In this document: in pieces, positions 38,708-48,944 of the stretch
Numbering within the stretch: position 1 is the stretch's first letter
Layout of the letters: each line of letters opens with the position of its first letter
Origin: Candidatus Aminicenantes bacterium
GTDB taxonomy: Bacteria > Acidobacteriota > Aminicenantia > Aminicenantales > JAFGBC01
Reading direction: 5' to 3'
Assembly (NCBI GenBank): GCA_963702005.1
Contig: OY969696.1
Location: 2,848,001 to 2,912,000 of the forward strand
DNA length: 64,000 bases
Program-made: the position numbers and the translations under genes
The notes under the pieces: generated by a model
What the model was told of the DNA's origin: nothing
Databases searched by the model: none
The model's input: the letters and a program-made list of their open reading frames with translations, nothing else

Positions 38708-41152
38708 ATGAAATGGGTCCGGGCCGTCATGTCTCTCCTTATATCCGCGTTTATCTTCTGGGGGCTCAACCAGCGCCACGGGATGGTCCCGCCGGCCGGA
38801 AAGCTCCTCAACCCCTTCGCCGGATTCTGGCTCGCCAACGACCGCGTCGATCATCCGCCCGAGAAGCTCGCCCTGCCGGGGCTCGAGTCCGAGGTCCGGG
38901 TCGCCTGGGACGACCGCCTTGTCCCCCACATCTTCGCCTCCAATGACCACGACCTCTATTTCGCCCAAGGCTACATTACGGCCCGGGACAGGCTGTGGCA
39001 GATGGAGTTCCAATCCCTCTACGCGGCCGGACGACTCTCCGAAGTCATCGGCCCGCTCGGCCTGGAAGCAGACCGATTCAACCGCCGCTACGGCATGGTC
39101 TGGGCGGCCGAGAACACGGTCCGCGCCCTGGAGAGCGATCCGGCCGCGATGAGAATCATCGACGCTTATACGGCCGGCATCAACGCCTTCATCCGGACGC
39201 TCGGGCGCCGATCCTATCCGGTCGAATATAAAATTCTCGACTACCAACCCGAGGCCTGGACACCCCTCAAGTGCGCCCTGCTCCTCAAGTACATGGCCTT
39301 CGACCTTTGCGGCTACTATCTGGATCCCGGCCTGACCGAAATGAGGAAGGGCTTGGGCGAAGCCTACGTCGACCGGCTTTTCCCCTATGACGAGCCCCTC
39401 GTCGACCCCATCATCCCGCCCGGGACGAAGTGGGAGTTCACTCCTCTTCCCGCGCCGCCCCCGCCCCCGGAGACTTGGGCCGCCGCCCCGGGACAGGCCG
39501 CAGCCGTCCCGGCGCCCGAGGAGCCCAAATCCGACCAAGGAAGCAACAATTGGGCCGTAGCGGGGACGCGGACTCAGAGCGGCTTCCCCATCCTGTGCAA
39601 CGACCCTCATCTCCAGTTGACCCTGCCCTCGATCTGGTACGAGATCCAGCTCAACGCGCCGGGCGTCAACTGTGCGGGCGTGTCCCTTCCCGGCTCGCCC
39701 TTCGTCGTTATCGGCCACAACGAGCGGATCGCCTGGGGCTTTACCAACGCCGGCTCGGATGTCCTCGATTGGTACGCGATCCGCTTCAAGGACAAGACGC
39801 GCTCCGAATACTGGTACGACGGCGCTTGGCGCAAGACCTTGAAGCGGACCGAGACGATCAAGGTCCGGGGCGGACAGGATGTCGCCCTGACTCTGATCTT
39901 CACCCAGCACGGCCCCGTCGTGCGCCTCGAGGGGGAGCCGCCCTTCAGCCAAAGAGACGTTCCGGCCGAAGCCTCCCTCCGCTGGCTGGCCCACGATCCC
40001 TCCAACGAGATCGGGACTCTCTACGCCCTCAACCGGGCGGGCGGCTATGACGAGTGGCTCAAGGCTATCGCCGGCTGGGACTGTCCGGCCCAGAACTTCA
40101 TCTACGCCGACGCGGCGGGGACGATCGCCATCCGGCACAACGGAAAATACCCGCTCCGCTGGAAAGGCCAAGGCCGCTATATCCTCGACGGCTCGAATCC
40201 CGCCCATGTCTGGCAGGGATGGATTCCGCGTGACGACGTCCCGGCCGTCAAGAATCCCGAGCGGGGGTTCGTGAGCTCGGCCAACCAGAAACCCGCCGAC
40301 GCGAGCTATCCTTATTATATCGGGTCGGACTACGCGCCGTTCGAACGGGGCGCCCGCATCAACCGGCTCCTTTCGGGAATGACAAACGTCACTTCCCAGG
40401 ATATGATCCGAATGCAGAGCGACGCTTTCAACCTGCGGGCCCGGACGGTTCTGCCTGCGCTCCTTCCCCACCTCCGGAGAAGCGACCTCAGCCAGGCCGA
40501 ACGGAAATGCCTGGACGAGCTAGAATCCTGGAATGACGAGAACCTGGCCGGCCTGATCGCGCCGACCGTGTTCGCCCAATTTTGGTCCGAGTTCAACGCC
40601 AAAACTTGGAACGACGAAAAAAGGGAGCCGATGAGAACGATGACCTGGCCCAACAGCCACATCCTCATCGACCTCATCCTCAACCATCCCGACGACCCGG
40701 TCTTCGACGATCGAACGACACCGGGAAAGGAATCCCTGGCCGACATCGCCTTCCTGGCCTTCCGGTCCGCCGTCGAGGAGCTCGTGAAGACGCTCGGCCC
40801 GCCCGGCCCGGCCTGGACCTGGGGCCGCTGGAAGGGGACCGACATCGGCCACCTGGGGCGGATTCCCGGCTTCGGCCGGATGGGGCTCGAGACGAACGGC
40901 GGCAGCGCCATCATCAACGCCTCGGGAAGGACCAGCGGGCCTTCCTGGCGGATGGTCGTCGAGTTGGGCCGCGAGGTCAAGGCCTGGGGAATCATCCCGG
41001 GCGGCCAGTCCGGCCATCCGGGTTCCCGATTCTACGACAACGGAGTCGACGATTGGGTCGCCGGTAAAATCTACGAGCTCGTCTTTCTGAAATCTCCGGA
41101 TGAGCCCAACGACAGGATCGTCGCCCGGACGACGCTGGGAGGCCAGAAATGA
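38708..41152 (+). CDS. Penicillin acylase family protein (S45)
   Basis: VPHIFA, AQGY..A.DRL.QM, GSNNWAV, NDPHL, ANQ, PGGQSG. Confidence 0.93.
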   Translation: MKWVRAVMSLLISAFIFWGLNQRHGMVPPAGKLLNPFAGFWLANDRVDHPPEKLALPGLESEVRVAWDDRLVPHIFASNDHDLYFAQGYITARDRLWQMEFQSLYAAGRLSEVIGPLGLEADRFNRRYGMVWAAENTVRALESDPAAMRIIDAYTAGINAFIRTLGRRSYPVEYKILDYQPEAWTPLKCALLLKYMAFDLCGYYLDPGLTEMRKGLGEAYVDRLFPYDEPLVDPIIPPGTKWEFTPLPAPPPPPETWAAAPGQAAAVPAPEEPKSDQGSNNWAVAGTRTQSGFPILCNDPHLQLTLPSIWYEIQLNAPGVNCAGVSLPGSPFVVIGHNERIAWGFTNAGSDVLDWYAIRFKDKTRSEYWYDGAWRKTLKRTETIKVRGGQDVALTLIFTQHGPVVRLEGEPPFSQRDVPAEASLRWLAHDPSNEIGTLYALNRAGGYDEWLKAIAGWDCPAQNFIYADAAGTIAIRHNGKYPLRWKGQGRYILDGSNPAHVWQGWIPRDDVPAVKNPERGFVSSANQKPADASYPYYIGSDYAPFERGARINRLLSGMTNVTSQDMIRMQSDAFNLRARTVLPALLPHLRRSDLSQAERKCLDELESWNDENLAGLIAPTVFAQFWSEFNAKTWNDEKREPMRTMTWPNSHILIDLILNHPDDPVFDDRTTPGKESLADIAFLAFRSAVEELVKTLGPPGPAWTWGRWKGTDIGHLGRIPGFGRMGLETNGGSAIINASGRTSGPSWRMVVELGREVKAWGIIPGGQSGHPGSRFYDNGVDDWVAGKIYELVFLKSPDEPNDRIVARTTLGGQK

Positions 41153-41508
41153 TCGCCGTCGTCGTTTGTCTGATCGGCATGCTCGTTCTCCAAGTCGTCA
41201 CGCCTTACTGGTGGTGGGCCATGCTCGTCCCCTTCGCCTACGGCGTCGCGGGCGCCGGGCCGCCGAGAAAAGCGCTCGGCACGGGATTCGCCTCGGCAGG
41301 GCTCCTCTGGCTGGGGGGGAGCGTCTATTATTTTCTGACCGGAAGCCGGACGATCGCGCAGCGCACGGCGAATATGATCGGGCTCGGGAATCCTTGGCTT
41401 TTGATCCTGGCGACGGGCCTCATCGCGGCCGTGGCCGCCGCCGTCTCGGCCTACGCCGGCTACGCCGTCAAGACGCTCCTGAAGCGCCGTCCCGCCGGGA
41501 AGGAATAA
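41149..41508 (+). CDS. Small membrane protein
   Basis: Four hydrophobic segments; ATGA overlap with acylase stop. Confidence 0.7.
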   Translation: MIAVVVCLIGMLVLQVVTPYWWWAMLVPFAYGVAGAGPPRKALGTGFASAGLLWLGGSVYYFLTGSRTIAQRTANMIGLGNPWLLILATGLIAAVAAAVSAYAGYAVKTLLKRRPAGKE

Positions 41509-41515
41509 ACCGACC

Positions 41516-42370
41516 TCACTCTTCGGCGAAATGGGAGTACTTGACCTTGACGTCCCGGCCGTTCGTTTCCACCGTCACGTGGTAATGCTCGTCGGTCCGG
41601 AAGACGGTCCGGTCCAGCCTCTGAAAAAGGTCGACGACCTCTTTATGGGGATGGTGGAAGGGCCGGATATGGCTGCTGATTCCCAGGAGAGCCCCGCCGG
41701 GACAATTATCGACCCAGGGGGTCGTATGGGCCGGCTCCAGGAAAGTCCCGTTCACGGAGCCGTGGTGGGGGACCTTGAAAAACCGGGTGTCGGCGGGCAA
41801 CGCTCCGATTTTTTGCCAGACCTCCCCTTCGGCGTCCCCGGTCAGAAGGAACGTCACCTGGTCCAAGGTGAGGGCCAGGACGACCGAATTGTTGTTTTCG
41901 TTCACCGCGTCGATGTTCTCCTCGCCCTGGCTATAAGGCGGCCAGAGGAATCGTCCCGTCGCCGGCCCGAAGGCGGGAAAGTCCTTGTCCGAGTTCACGG
42001 CCTCGTGGAAGCCGACGTTGTCGGAACGGTTGGCGAAGCGGATGAGCTCGGACAGGCCGCCCGGGGCGATGGTCTTCGGATACCAAAACGCTTTCGTCCC
42101 GTACTCCCTCATGATCTTCTTCAGCCCGTCGCCGTGATCGGCGTGGAAGTGGGTCAGGATGACGAAATCGAAGACCGGCTTGTCCTCGGGCAGCTGGACC
42201 TGCGAGCGTTCGAAGTACCGCTTCAGAAAAATGAACGATGAGCAAATATTCTCCTGGTCGTTGGAGTCGATCAGCCCGTAGCGGGGCCGGGGGGCGCCCT
42301 CGGTTTCGGCCTCGATAAAGATCGAATCCCCCCAGCCGACGTCGATCAGGGTCACCTTGAGCGTATTCAT
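41516..42370 (-). CDS. ComEC/Rec2-type metallo-beta-lactamase-fold hydrolase, soluble
   Basis: DVGWGDS, LID, THFHADH, NNNSVV, LTGDAE, KVPHHGS, HP. Confidence 0.85.
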   Translation of the reverse strand: MNTLKVTLIDVGWGDSIFIEAETEGAPRPRYGLIDSNDQENICSSFIFLKRYFERSQVQLPEDKPVFDFVILTHFHADHGDGLKKIMREYGTKAFWYPKTIAPGGLSELIRFANRSDNVGFHEAVNSDKDFPAFGPATGRFLWPPYSQGEENIDAVNENNNSVVLALTLDQVTFLLTGDAEGEVWQKIGALPADTRFFKVPHHGSVNGTFLEPAHTTPWVDNCPGGALLGISSHIRPFHHPHKEVVDLFQRLDRTVFRTDEHYHVTVETNGRDVKVKYSHFAEE

Positions 42371-42381
42371 CGTCCCGCTCC

Positions 42382-42972
42382 TCAGACCGATTCCCGGTAA
42401 GTCAGGGCCCGGCTCTTGTCGGCACTATATTTGGCCCGGGCCGCCGCGATATGACTCAGGGACCAGTCGCGGAAAACCCGGGTCTCGATTTCCGAAAAAC
42501 GAAGCGACCCGCTCGGGCCCGCGTTGATCGCGTCGAACGACGCCGGCGTCAGCCGGCCGGCCCGGAAACCTTGGGCTTTCAGGAAGAGCGGCGCGTCGAT
42601 CCGGTAGACATCCCCCCGCGCGGCCGGCCTGTCTTCGAACAAGCCGGAGGGCAGCCAGACATCGTTGATATCGATGAAGAGGTCCGGGCTGGCTTCGATC
42701 GTCTCGAACAGGCCGTCGATCGAGGCCGGCGTGTCGAAGAAGGAGCGCCGCCGCGACGGCGCCGTAATGACGCCGGACAAGCCGAGAAGCAGGAACGGGA
42801 TCCGTCGTTGTTTCAGCTCCAGGCACCAGGCGTCGGAAGGTCCGTCGGACTCGATCGAGAAATAGGTGCAGCGGATCATGGTTAAAGCCGCCTCCGCCTT
42901 GCGGTCGTCAAAGAAGACGGGGATCGAGCCGCCCGACCTCGAACCGAAAATCCGGAAAAGCTTTCCCTTCAT
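42382..42972 (-). CDS. Hypothetical protein co-transcribed with MBL hydrolase
   Basis: GGAGGT RBS, 11 bp gap to MBL gene, no recognisable motif. Confidence 0.7.
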   Translation of the reverse strand: MKGKLFRIFGSRSGGSIPVFFDDRKAEAALTMIRCTYFSIESDGPSDAWCLELKQRRIPFLLLGLSGVITAPSRRRSFFDTPASIDGLFETIEASPDLFIDINDVWLPSGLFEDRPAARGDVYRIDAPLFLKAQGFRAGRLTPASFDAINAGPSGSLRFSEIETRVFRDWSLSHIAAARAKYSADKSRALTYRESV

Positions 42973-42998
42973 CGCCCACCTCCCCGATTATCGCTTAT

Positions 42999-43027
42999 AC
43001 GATAGGTCCGGACCGGGCCCTTGTCAA
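42999..43027 (-). promoter_or_regulatory. Sigma70-like promoter of hypothetical/MBL pair
   Basis: Minus strand TTGACA, 17 bp, TATCGT. Confidence 0.45.
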
Positions 43028-43029
43028 GC

Positions 43030-45174
43030 TTAACGCGAAACGGGCCGCTTGGCCTCTTCCGTCCAAATCAGGACATCGGCGGGGCGGAGCGGGCTCTCGC
43101 CGAAGATGATCCGGGCGCCCGCCGGGATGGGGACTGAAACGGACTCGGACGAGTAATTGACCGCGACGAAGAAGCCGTCGCGCCATTCGACATAGAGGCC
43201 GGGCGGATAATCCTCGACCGCGACCCCGGCCCGTTCGAAAACCGTCCTCAGCAGGCGCCTTTCGAGCGCCCCGTCTTTGCTGTCGACGCCGATATAAGTG
43301 ACGCTCCCCTTGCCCAGGCGCCGCCTGACCGCGGCCGCCTTCCCGGCATAGAATTGGTTCGCGTATTCGGCGAGGACCTCGGTCCCGGCGCCGGGGGCCG
43401 GCTTCAAGACGTCAGCCCAGGCGTTCCATTCGTACTCGGCGTCGCCCATTTTGACGAGTCCCCGGCCGTTCTCGAGGAGCAGATCGAAGAATTCGATGTC
43501 GGCGCCGATAAGAGGCAGGATCGGGCCCGCCCAAGGAGCTTCCCAAAGGTGACCGTTCCTGTCTTTTTGGCCGGTGCGGCAGGTTAAGACGAGATGACCG
43601 CCCTTTTCGACGTACGCTTGCCAGCGTTCGATAAGCCCCTTGTCGATGAGCTGGTAGGCTGGGGCGATCAGGAAGGGATAGCCCGCGAAATCGTCGCTTT
43701 CTCCGATCATGTCAACCGGCGCGCCCAAGGACTTCGCCGCGGACTGATATTTGAAGCGGTGGGCCCAGGTGTCCCAGAGGGCGGTCTCCTTGTGATTCTC
43801 GATGTCCCACAGGTTGTCGTGGCTCCAGAGGATGGCCGTCCTGCGCGCGGCCAAGCGGTCCGGCATCACGGCCCTGGGATCGTAGATCGACCTCAGCGTT
43901 TTCATCTCCTTGGCGACCCGGGCGTACTCGAGGCCGCCCCGGGACGGAGTGACCCCGTCCGGACCGACGATGCAGGTGTGATAGAGCTCGCTCCCGAAGA
44001 GCGGCTGGCGATATCGGTAGGTACAGGCGAATGAGCAGCCGCCCCCGAAGGCGTGCCAGAGCCACATCCTGACCGCGCCCGGCATCGGCTGGGGATTGAT
44101 GCGAGCCCAGTTGATCTGTCCGGGCTGGAGCTCCATGACGCCGGTGACGCCTTTGATCGGCCTAAAATAATCCAGGGCCGAGGCAAGCCGATAAGGAGAG
44201 CCCAGCCGGAACCCGTCCGGTCCCAGCCCGTCCTCGCCCCGGATCGGGTACATCGTGAAGGCGACGAAGTCGAGGCGGTCGGTCCGGCGCGGGTCGGCGG
44301 ATGAAGTCACGTTGATGTAGTTTGTCGTAACCCATTGCTCGGGCCGGATGTGTTTCTTGAGGATGTCATATTGAAGAAGCAGGAAGCCGGCCTGAAGGTC
44401 AGCCGTGAACCGCTTGAAATCGAGGACGGCATGGGGGCTCATCTCATCGCCGCCGAAGAGAGTCTCGTTGGGGATGAGGACCTGCTCGAACGAATCGTAT
44501 CGGGTGCTCCAGAAAGCGCCTCCCCAAGCTTGATTGAGCCCGGCGATGGTCCCATATTTGGCCCGGAGCCATTCCTGGAATTTCCGGCGCGCCGCCGGGC
44601 TGTAGTCGGCCGGTGCTTCGGGCTCGTTATCGATCTGCCAGCCCCAGACCCGAGGGTCCTGGCCGTAGCGCTCGGCCAAGGCGTTGACGATCTTCCGGGT
44701 GTAGGAGACGAAGACGTCATCGGCCAGAGAACCGTTCGCCCGCGTCCCGTGCTCCTTGCGCCGGCCGTCGGGCCCGACGAGATAGATCTCGGGGGTCTTC
44801 TCCCCCATCCAGCCGGGCGGACAGGGCGTCGGCGTGCAGAGGACGACCTTGAGCCCGTGTTTGGCGGCGAGGGCGATCGCTTCGTCGAGCCAGCCGAAAT
44901 CATAGCGGCCCGGCGCGGGCTCGAGGAAGGCCCAAGCGAACTCGGCGAAGTGCGTAAATTCGAAGCCCAGTCCGGCCATGTTCTTGAAGTCGCGCTCCCA
45001 CTGCTCGCGGGGCCAGTGCTCGGGGTAGTAGTAGACCCCGATGGTCATCAAATCCTGTTTCGGGAAGAAGCGCTGGGCATCCCGGGCTTGACCGCTGACG
45101 GGGTCGGCTCCGGAGGCGATGACGGCGGCGGCGAAGACCAGGATTGCGGCGAAAACGCTCAGGGTGCTCTTCAT
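43030..45174 (-). CDS. GH42 beta-galactosidase, secreted
   Basis: YYPEHW, EFAW..LEP, WQIDNE, WG..FWS, TTN, MELQPG..NW. Confidence 0.93.
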   Translation of the reverse strand: MKSTLSVFAAILVFAAAVIASGADPVSGQARDAQRFFPKQDLMTIGVYYYPEHWPREQWERDFKNMAGLGFEFTHFAEFAWAFLEPAPGRYDFGWLDEAIALAAKHGLKVVLCTPTPCPPGWMGEKTPEIYLVGPDGRRKEHGTRANGSLADDVFVSYTRKIVNALAERYGQDPRVWGWQIDNEPEAPADYSPAARRKFQEWLRAKYGTIAGLNQAWGGAFWSTRYDSFEQVLIPNETLFGGDEMSPHAVLDFKRFTADLQAGFLLLQYDILKKHIRPEQWVTTNYINVTSSADPRRTDRLDFVAFTMYPIRGEDGLGPDGFRLGSPYRLASALDYFRPIKGVTGVMELQPGQINWARINPQPMPGAVRMWLWHAFGGGCSFACTYRYRQPLFGSELYHTCIVGPDGVTPSRGGLEYARVAKEMKTLRSIYDPRAVMPDRLAARRTAILWSHDNLWDIENHKETALWDTWAHRFKYQSAAKSLGAPVDMIGESDDFAGYPFLIAPAYQLIDKGLIERWQAYVEKGGHLVLTCRTGQKDRNGHLWEAPWAGPILPLIGADIEFFDLLLENGRGLVKMGDAEYEWNAWADVLKPAPGAGTEVLAEYANQFYAGKAAAVRRRLGKGSVTYIGVDSKDGALERRLLRTVFERAGVAVEDYPPGLYVEWRDGFFVAVNYSSESVSVPIPAGARIIFGESPLRPADVLIWTEEAKRPVSR

Positions 45175-45274
45175 GAAGACCTCCCGATCGGGCTATTGTA
45201 TCCCGGACCGAAAATAACGGCTTTCTCTATTGAGATTCCGCCCCACGTTCATTATACTCGGCCGGGGCCTCCCG

Positions 45275-46453
45275 ATGAACAAGGCTTTCGTGATGGTCGA
45301 GCCGGCCAAGGATTACGGCTCGACTCGGATCGAAAGCGCGGTCCGGAGCTGTTTTGGGTCTCTGGGGCGCTGGGGACTGACGGTCCGCCCGAGGTCGCGG
45401 GTTTTCGTTAAGATCAACGCCCTCTCGTCCCGGCGGAACCCGGAGTCGGCCGTCAACACCCATCCGGCGGTTCTGCGCGAGGTCCTTCGTTGCCTCTTGG
45501 AGCTGGACGCAAATCCCCTGGTGGGTGACGACGTCAACGCCGGGCGCGAAGATCCGTTCCTAATCCCCGGGCAGCGCGCCGTCTGCCGGGAGCTAGGCGT
45601 CCGGCTCGTCAACCTGCGCGAGGCCGGCTTCCGGGAAATCAAGATCGAGGGACGCCGCCTCCAATCCGTCTTTGTTTCACGCCCGGTCCTCGAAGCGGAC
45701 TTTATCATCAACGTCCCCAAGCTTAAGACCCACTCTCTGACCGGGCTCACTTGCGCCGTCAAGAACATGTACGGCGTCCTCCCGGCCGGCGAACGCCTCC
45801 GCCTCCACCGGCTGTTCCCGATGAACGAGCCGTTTTGCGAGGTCCTCGTCGATATATTCGCGGCGGTCAAGCCTCACTTCCAGATCTGTGACGCGGTGAC
45901 GGCCATGGAGGGCGAAGGACCGTCCGGGGGGCATCCCCGGGCCGTCGGCTGCATCCTGGCCGGCCGGGACGCGTTCGCCCTCGACGCCGTCGCCTCCCAT
46001 CTCACCGGCATCCGTCCGCTTGACGTCGCCACAACCCGGATCGGGCACGAACGCGGGTTGGGACAGGGAGACCTCGACCGGATCGAAACGTCCGGCGTGT
46101 CGATTGAAGAGCTCCGCGTCCCGGATTTTAAACACTCCATCGTCGCTTTCTCGTTCTTGAGGAGACGGCTCCCCTCCTCCCTCTACGCCTGGGTTCAGGG
46201 CGAGCTGGTCATGACGCCCGAAGTCGATCCCTCCCTGTGCATCCTCTGCCGCGATTGCATGGCTATCTGTCCGCAGCGCACCATTCACGAGCGCGACGAG
46301 AAAGCCTGGGTGGACCCGAGCCGCTGCATCCATTGCCTCTGCTGCCACGAGGCCTGCCAGGCGCGGGCGATCCGGCTCAGGCGGACGCGATTCGGCGCTC
46401 TGATGGAGGGCGTCGCCTCGGCTTGGAGAATAGTCGCTCGGCTCCGCAGATAA
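45275..46453 (+). CDS. DUF362 protein with C-terminal 2x[4Fe-4S] domain
   Basis: VK.N, THP, INVPKLKTH, VKNMYG, MEGEGP; CILCRDC...CP, CIHCLCCHEAC. Confidence 0.88.
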   Translation: MNKAFVMVEPAKDYGSTRIESAVRSCFGSLGRWGLTVRPRSRVFVKINALSSRRNPESAVNTHPAVLREVLRCLLELDANPLVGDDVNAGREDPFLIPGQRAVCRELGVRLVNLREAGFREIKIEGRRLQSVFVSRPVLEADFIINVPKLKTHSLTGLTCAVKNMYGVLPAGERLRLHRLFPMNEPFCEVLVDIFAAVKPHFQICDAVTAMEGEGPSGGHPRAVGCILAGRDAFALDAVASHLTGIRPLDVATTRIGHERGLGQGDLDRIETSGVSIEELRVPDFKHSIVAFSFLRRRLPSSLYAWVQGELVMTPEVDPSLCILCRDCMAICPQRTIHERDEKAWVDPSRCIHCLCCHEACQARAIRLRRTRFGALMEGVASAWRIVARLRR

Positions 46454-46514
46454 GTGCCGAGGGACATTCCTTTTTTTTTGTGATAACATGAGGAAGGCCT
46501 TGTCAGGAGGAGAT

Positions 46515-47646
46515 ATGAACTTCGACCTATACTATAAGTCCCGCCAGGGCAAAATGGTCAACGTCCTCAAGGAGATCGTCCGCCTCGAATCGCCGACCGG
46601 AGACCGCAAAGCCGTCAACGCCGCTTCCGCTTATGTCGTGGACGAGCTTCGCAGGATCGGAGCCCGGCTCGTCCGCCTCCCCCAGAAGGAGATCGGCGAC
46701 CTTCACATCGTCGAATACCCGGGCAAGCGGAATCCCGACCTCCACGACCAAATCCTGGTCCTGACCCACGCCGACACCGTCTGGCCCGTGGGCCAGATCC
46801 AAACCATGCCCTTCTACCTGACCGGGAATACGATCTTCGGGCCGGGCGTGCTGGATATGAAGGCCGGCCTGGTCATGATCCTGTTCGCCCTCAAGACCAT
46901 ACACGAGCTCAACCTGACGCCCGCCAAAAAAATCGTCCTCTTCATCAACTCGGCCGAGGAAACCGGCCACAAAGCCAGCCACGACGAGATCGCCAAGCTC
47001 GCCAAACGCTCCGACCTCTGCCTCTGTCTCGAGCCGGCCCTCCCCGGCGGCGCCCTCAAGCTCGAGCGCAAGGGTCGGATGGTCATCCGCCTTGATGCCC
47101 GAGGCAAGGCCGCCCACGGCGGAACGCCCGAGAAAGGCGTCAACGCCATCGAAGAGCTCGTGCGCCAGATCCAGCGCCTGGACCGGCTCAAGAAAAACGA
47201 GACGACCGTCAACGTCGGGGTCATGGGCGGAGGCGCCAAAGCCAATATCGTCGCCGAACAGGCCTGGGTCATCCTCGACATCCGGTTCTGGACGAACGAC
47301 GACAAGGACCGGATCAAGGCTTATTTCCGGGAGCTCAAGCCGACCAAGTCCGGCGCCCACATCAGGCATACCATCGAAAGCCTGACCCCACCCATGGAAA
47401 AGACCAAAGCCTCGGAGGAGCTATTCCAGGAGGCGAGGCGGGTCGCCAAGACGCTCGGACAGCGGCTCAGGGGCGGCAAATCGGGCGGCGGTTCGGACGC
47501 CTCGATCGCCGCCAACCTCGGCGTCCCAACCCTGGACGGACTGGGCCCGGACGGCGACGGTATCCACGCCGGGGATGAGCATCTTCTTCCTGACATCGCT
47601 GGTGGATCGGACGGCCCTCCTGACCCGGCTCCTGCTGGAGTTGTGA
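46515..47646 (+). CDS. M20 peptidase (carboxypeptidase G2-like), frameshift near C-terminus
   Basis: HADTV, GPG..DMK.G, EE.G, GGSD, LG..G.G.H; removing one base at about 47588 gives HLLLTSLVDRTALLTRLLLEL stop. Confidence 0.85.
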
Positions 47647-47782
47647 GTTCCGCGCATCCATTCGGCTCCTTGTCGAGGCGCTCGGCCTCCTTCCGCAGCG
47701 GATTGACACCCGACTCGGTCCTTTGATAATGTGGACAAGGTGATGAGTTTTACACTTTTCATCATCTCCAAGGAGGAATTCT

Positions 47783-48928
47783 ATGATTAAAAAATATTAC
47801 CTGCTCTCGCCCGGGCCGACGCCCGTCCCGGACAACGTCCTGTCGATCGCGGCCGAGCCGATTATCCATCACAGGACGCCCGAATTTTCCAAGATTTTCA
47901 TGGAGGTCACGGAAGGCCTCAAGTCCGTCTTCGGGACCAAAGAGGACGTCTACATCCTGACCTCGTCGGGCACCGGCGCCATGGAAACGGCCGTCGCCAA
48001 CCTCCTCAGCCCCGGCGACAAGGTCCTGACGATCAACGGCGGCAAATTCGGCGAGCGCTGGGGGAATATCTGCAAGGCCTACGGCATCGCCCACAAGGAG
48101 ATCGTCCTCGAGTGGGGCAAGGACTACGGCAAGGACCAGCTCGCCGCCGAGCTCAAAGCCAACCCCGACGCTAAGGCCGTTTTCTGCCAGCACTCGGAAA
48201 CCTCGACCGGCGCCTACTTCGACATCCAGGGATTCGGCGAAGTCGTCGCCCAGACGAACGCCGTCCTGGTCGTCGACGGCATTTCGGGGACGGGGGCCAT
48301 GCCCTGCCCGATGGACGAGTGGAAGATCGACGTCCTCCTCTCGGGCTCCCAGAAGTCCTTCATGATCCCGCCCGGGCTGGCGTACATCGCCTTCGGCCCC
48401 AAGGCCTGGAAGCTGGTCGAAACCTCCAAGTGCCCCAAGTTCTACTTCGACATCAAGAAGGCCAAGAAAAACCTGGCCGATAAGACGACCCCCTGGACGC
48501 CGGGCATATCGCTCGTCATCCAGCAGAAGAAGGCTCTGGACATTATCACGGCCATGGGCCTGGACAAGCTCTACGCCCATCACCGCATCCTGGCCGACGC
48601 GACCCGGGCCGGGGTCAAGGCCATCGGGCTGACACTCCTGGCCGATAAGCCGGGCAACATCCTGACCGCGGTCAAGACGCCGGACGGGGTCGATGGCGGC
48701 AAGATCGTCAAGACGATGCAGGGCAAATACATGGCCTACATCGCCGGCGCCCAGGACCCGCACAAGGGCAAGTTCTTCCGGATCGCCCACTTGGGCTACA
48801 TGGGCGGGTTCGACGTCGTCACGGCCCTGACCGCCCTGGAGATGACGTTCAACGACCTCGGCTATAAATTCGAGACGGGCGCCGCGGTCAAGGCCGCCGA
48901 GCTCGTCCTCCGCGAGAACTGGGCTTGA
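47783..48928 (+). CDS. Class V PLP aminotransferase (AGT/serine-pyruvate type, likely SerC role)
   Basis: PGPTPV, SGTGAME, HSETSTG, VDGIS, SQKS...PPG, RIAHLG; adjacent to serA-like gene. Confidence 0.88.
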   Translation: MIKKYYLLSPGPTPVPDNVLSIAAEPIIHHRTPEFSKIFMEVTEGLKSVFGTKEDVYILTSSGTGAMETAVANLLSPGDKVLTINGGKFGERWGNICKAYGIAHKEIVLEWGKDYGKDQLAAELKANPDAKAVFCQHSETSTGAYFDIQGFGEVVAQTNAVLVVDGISGTGAMPCPMDEWKIDVLLSGSQKSFMIPPGLAYIAFGPKAWKLVETSKCPKFYFDIKKAKKNLADKTTPWTPGISLVIQQKKALDIITAMGLDKLYAHHRILADATRAGVKAIGLTLLADKPGNILTAVKTPDGVDGGKIVKTMQGKYMAYIAGAQDPHKGKFFRIAHLGYMGGFDVVTALTALEMTFNDLGYKFETGAAVKAAELVLRENWA

Positions 48929-48944
48929 GACATAGGGGGTTATC

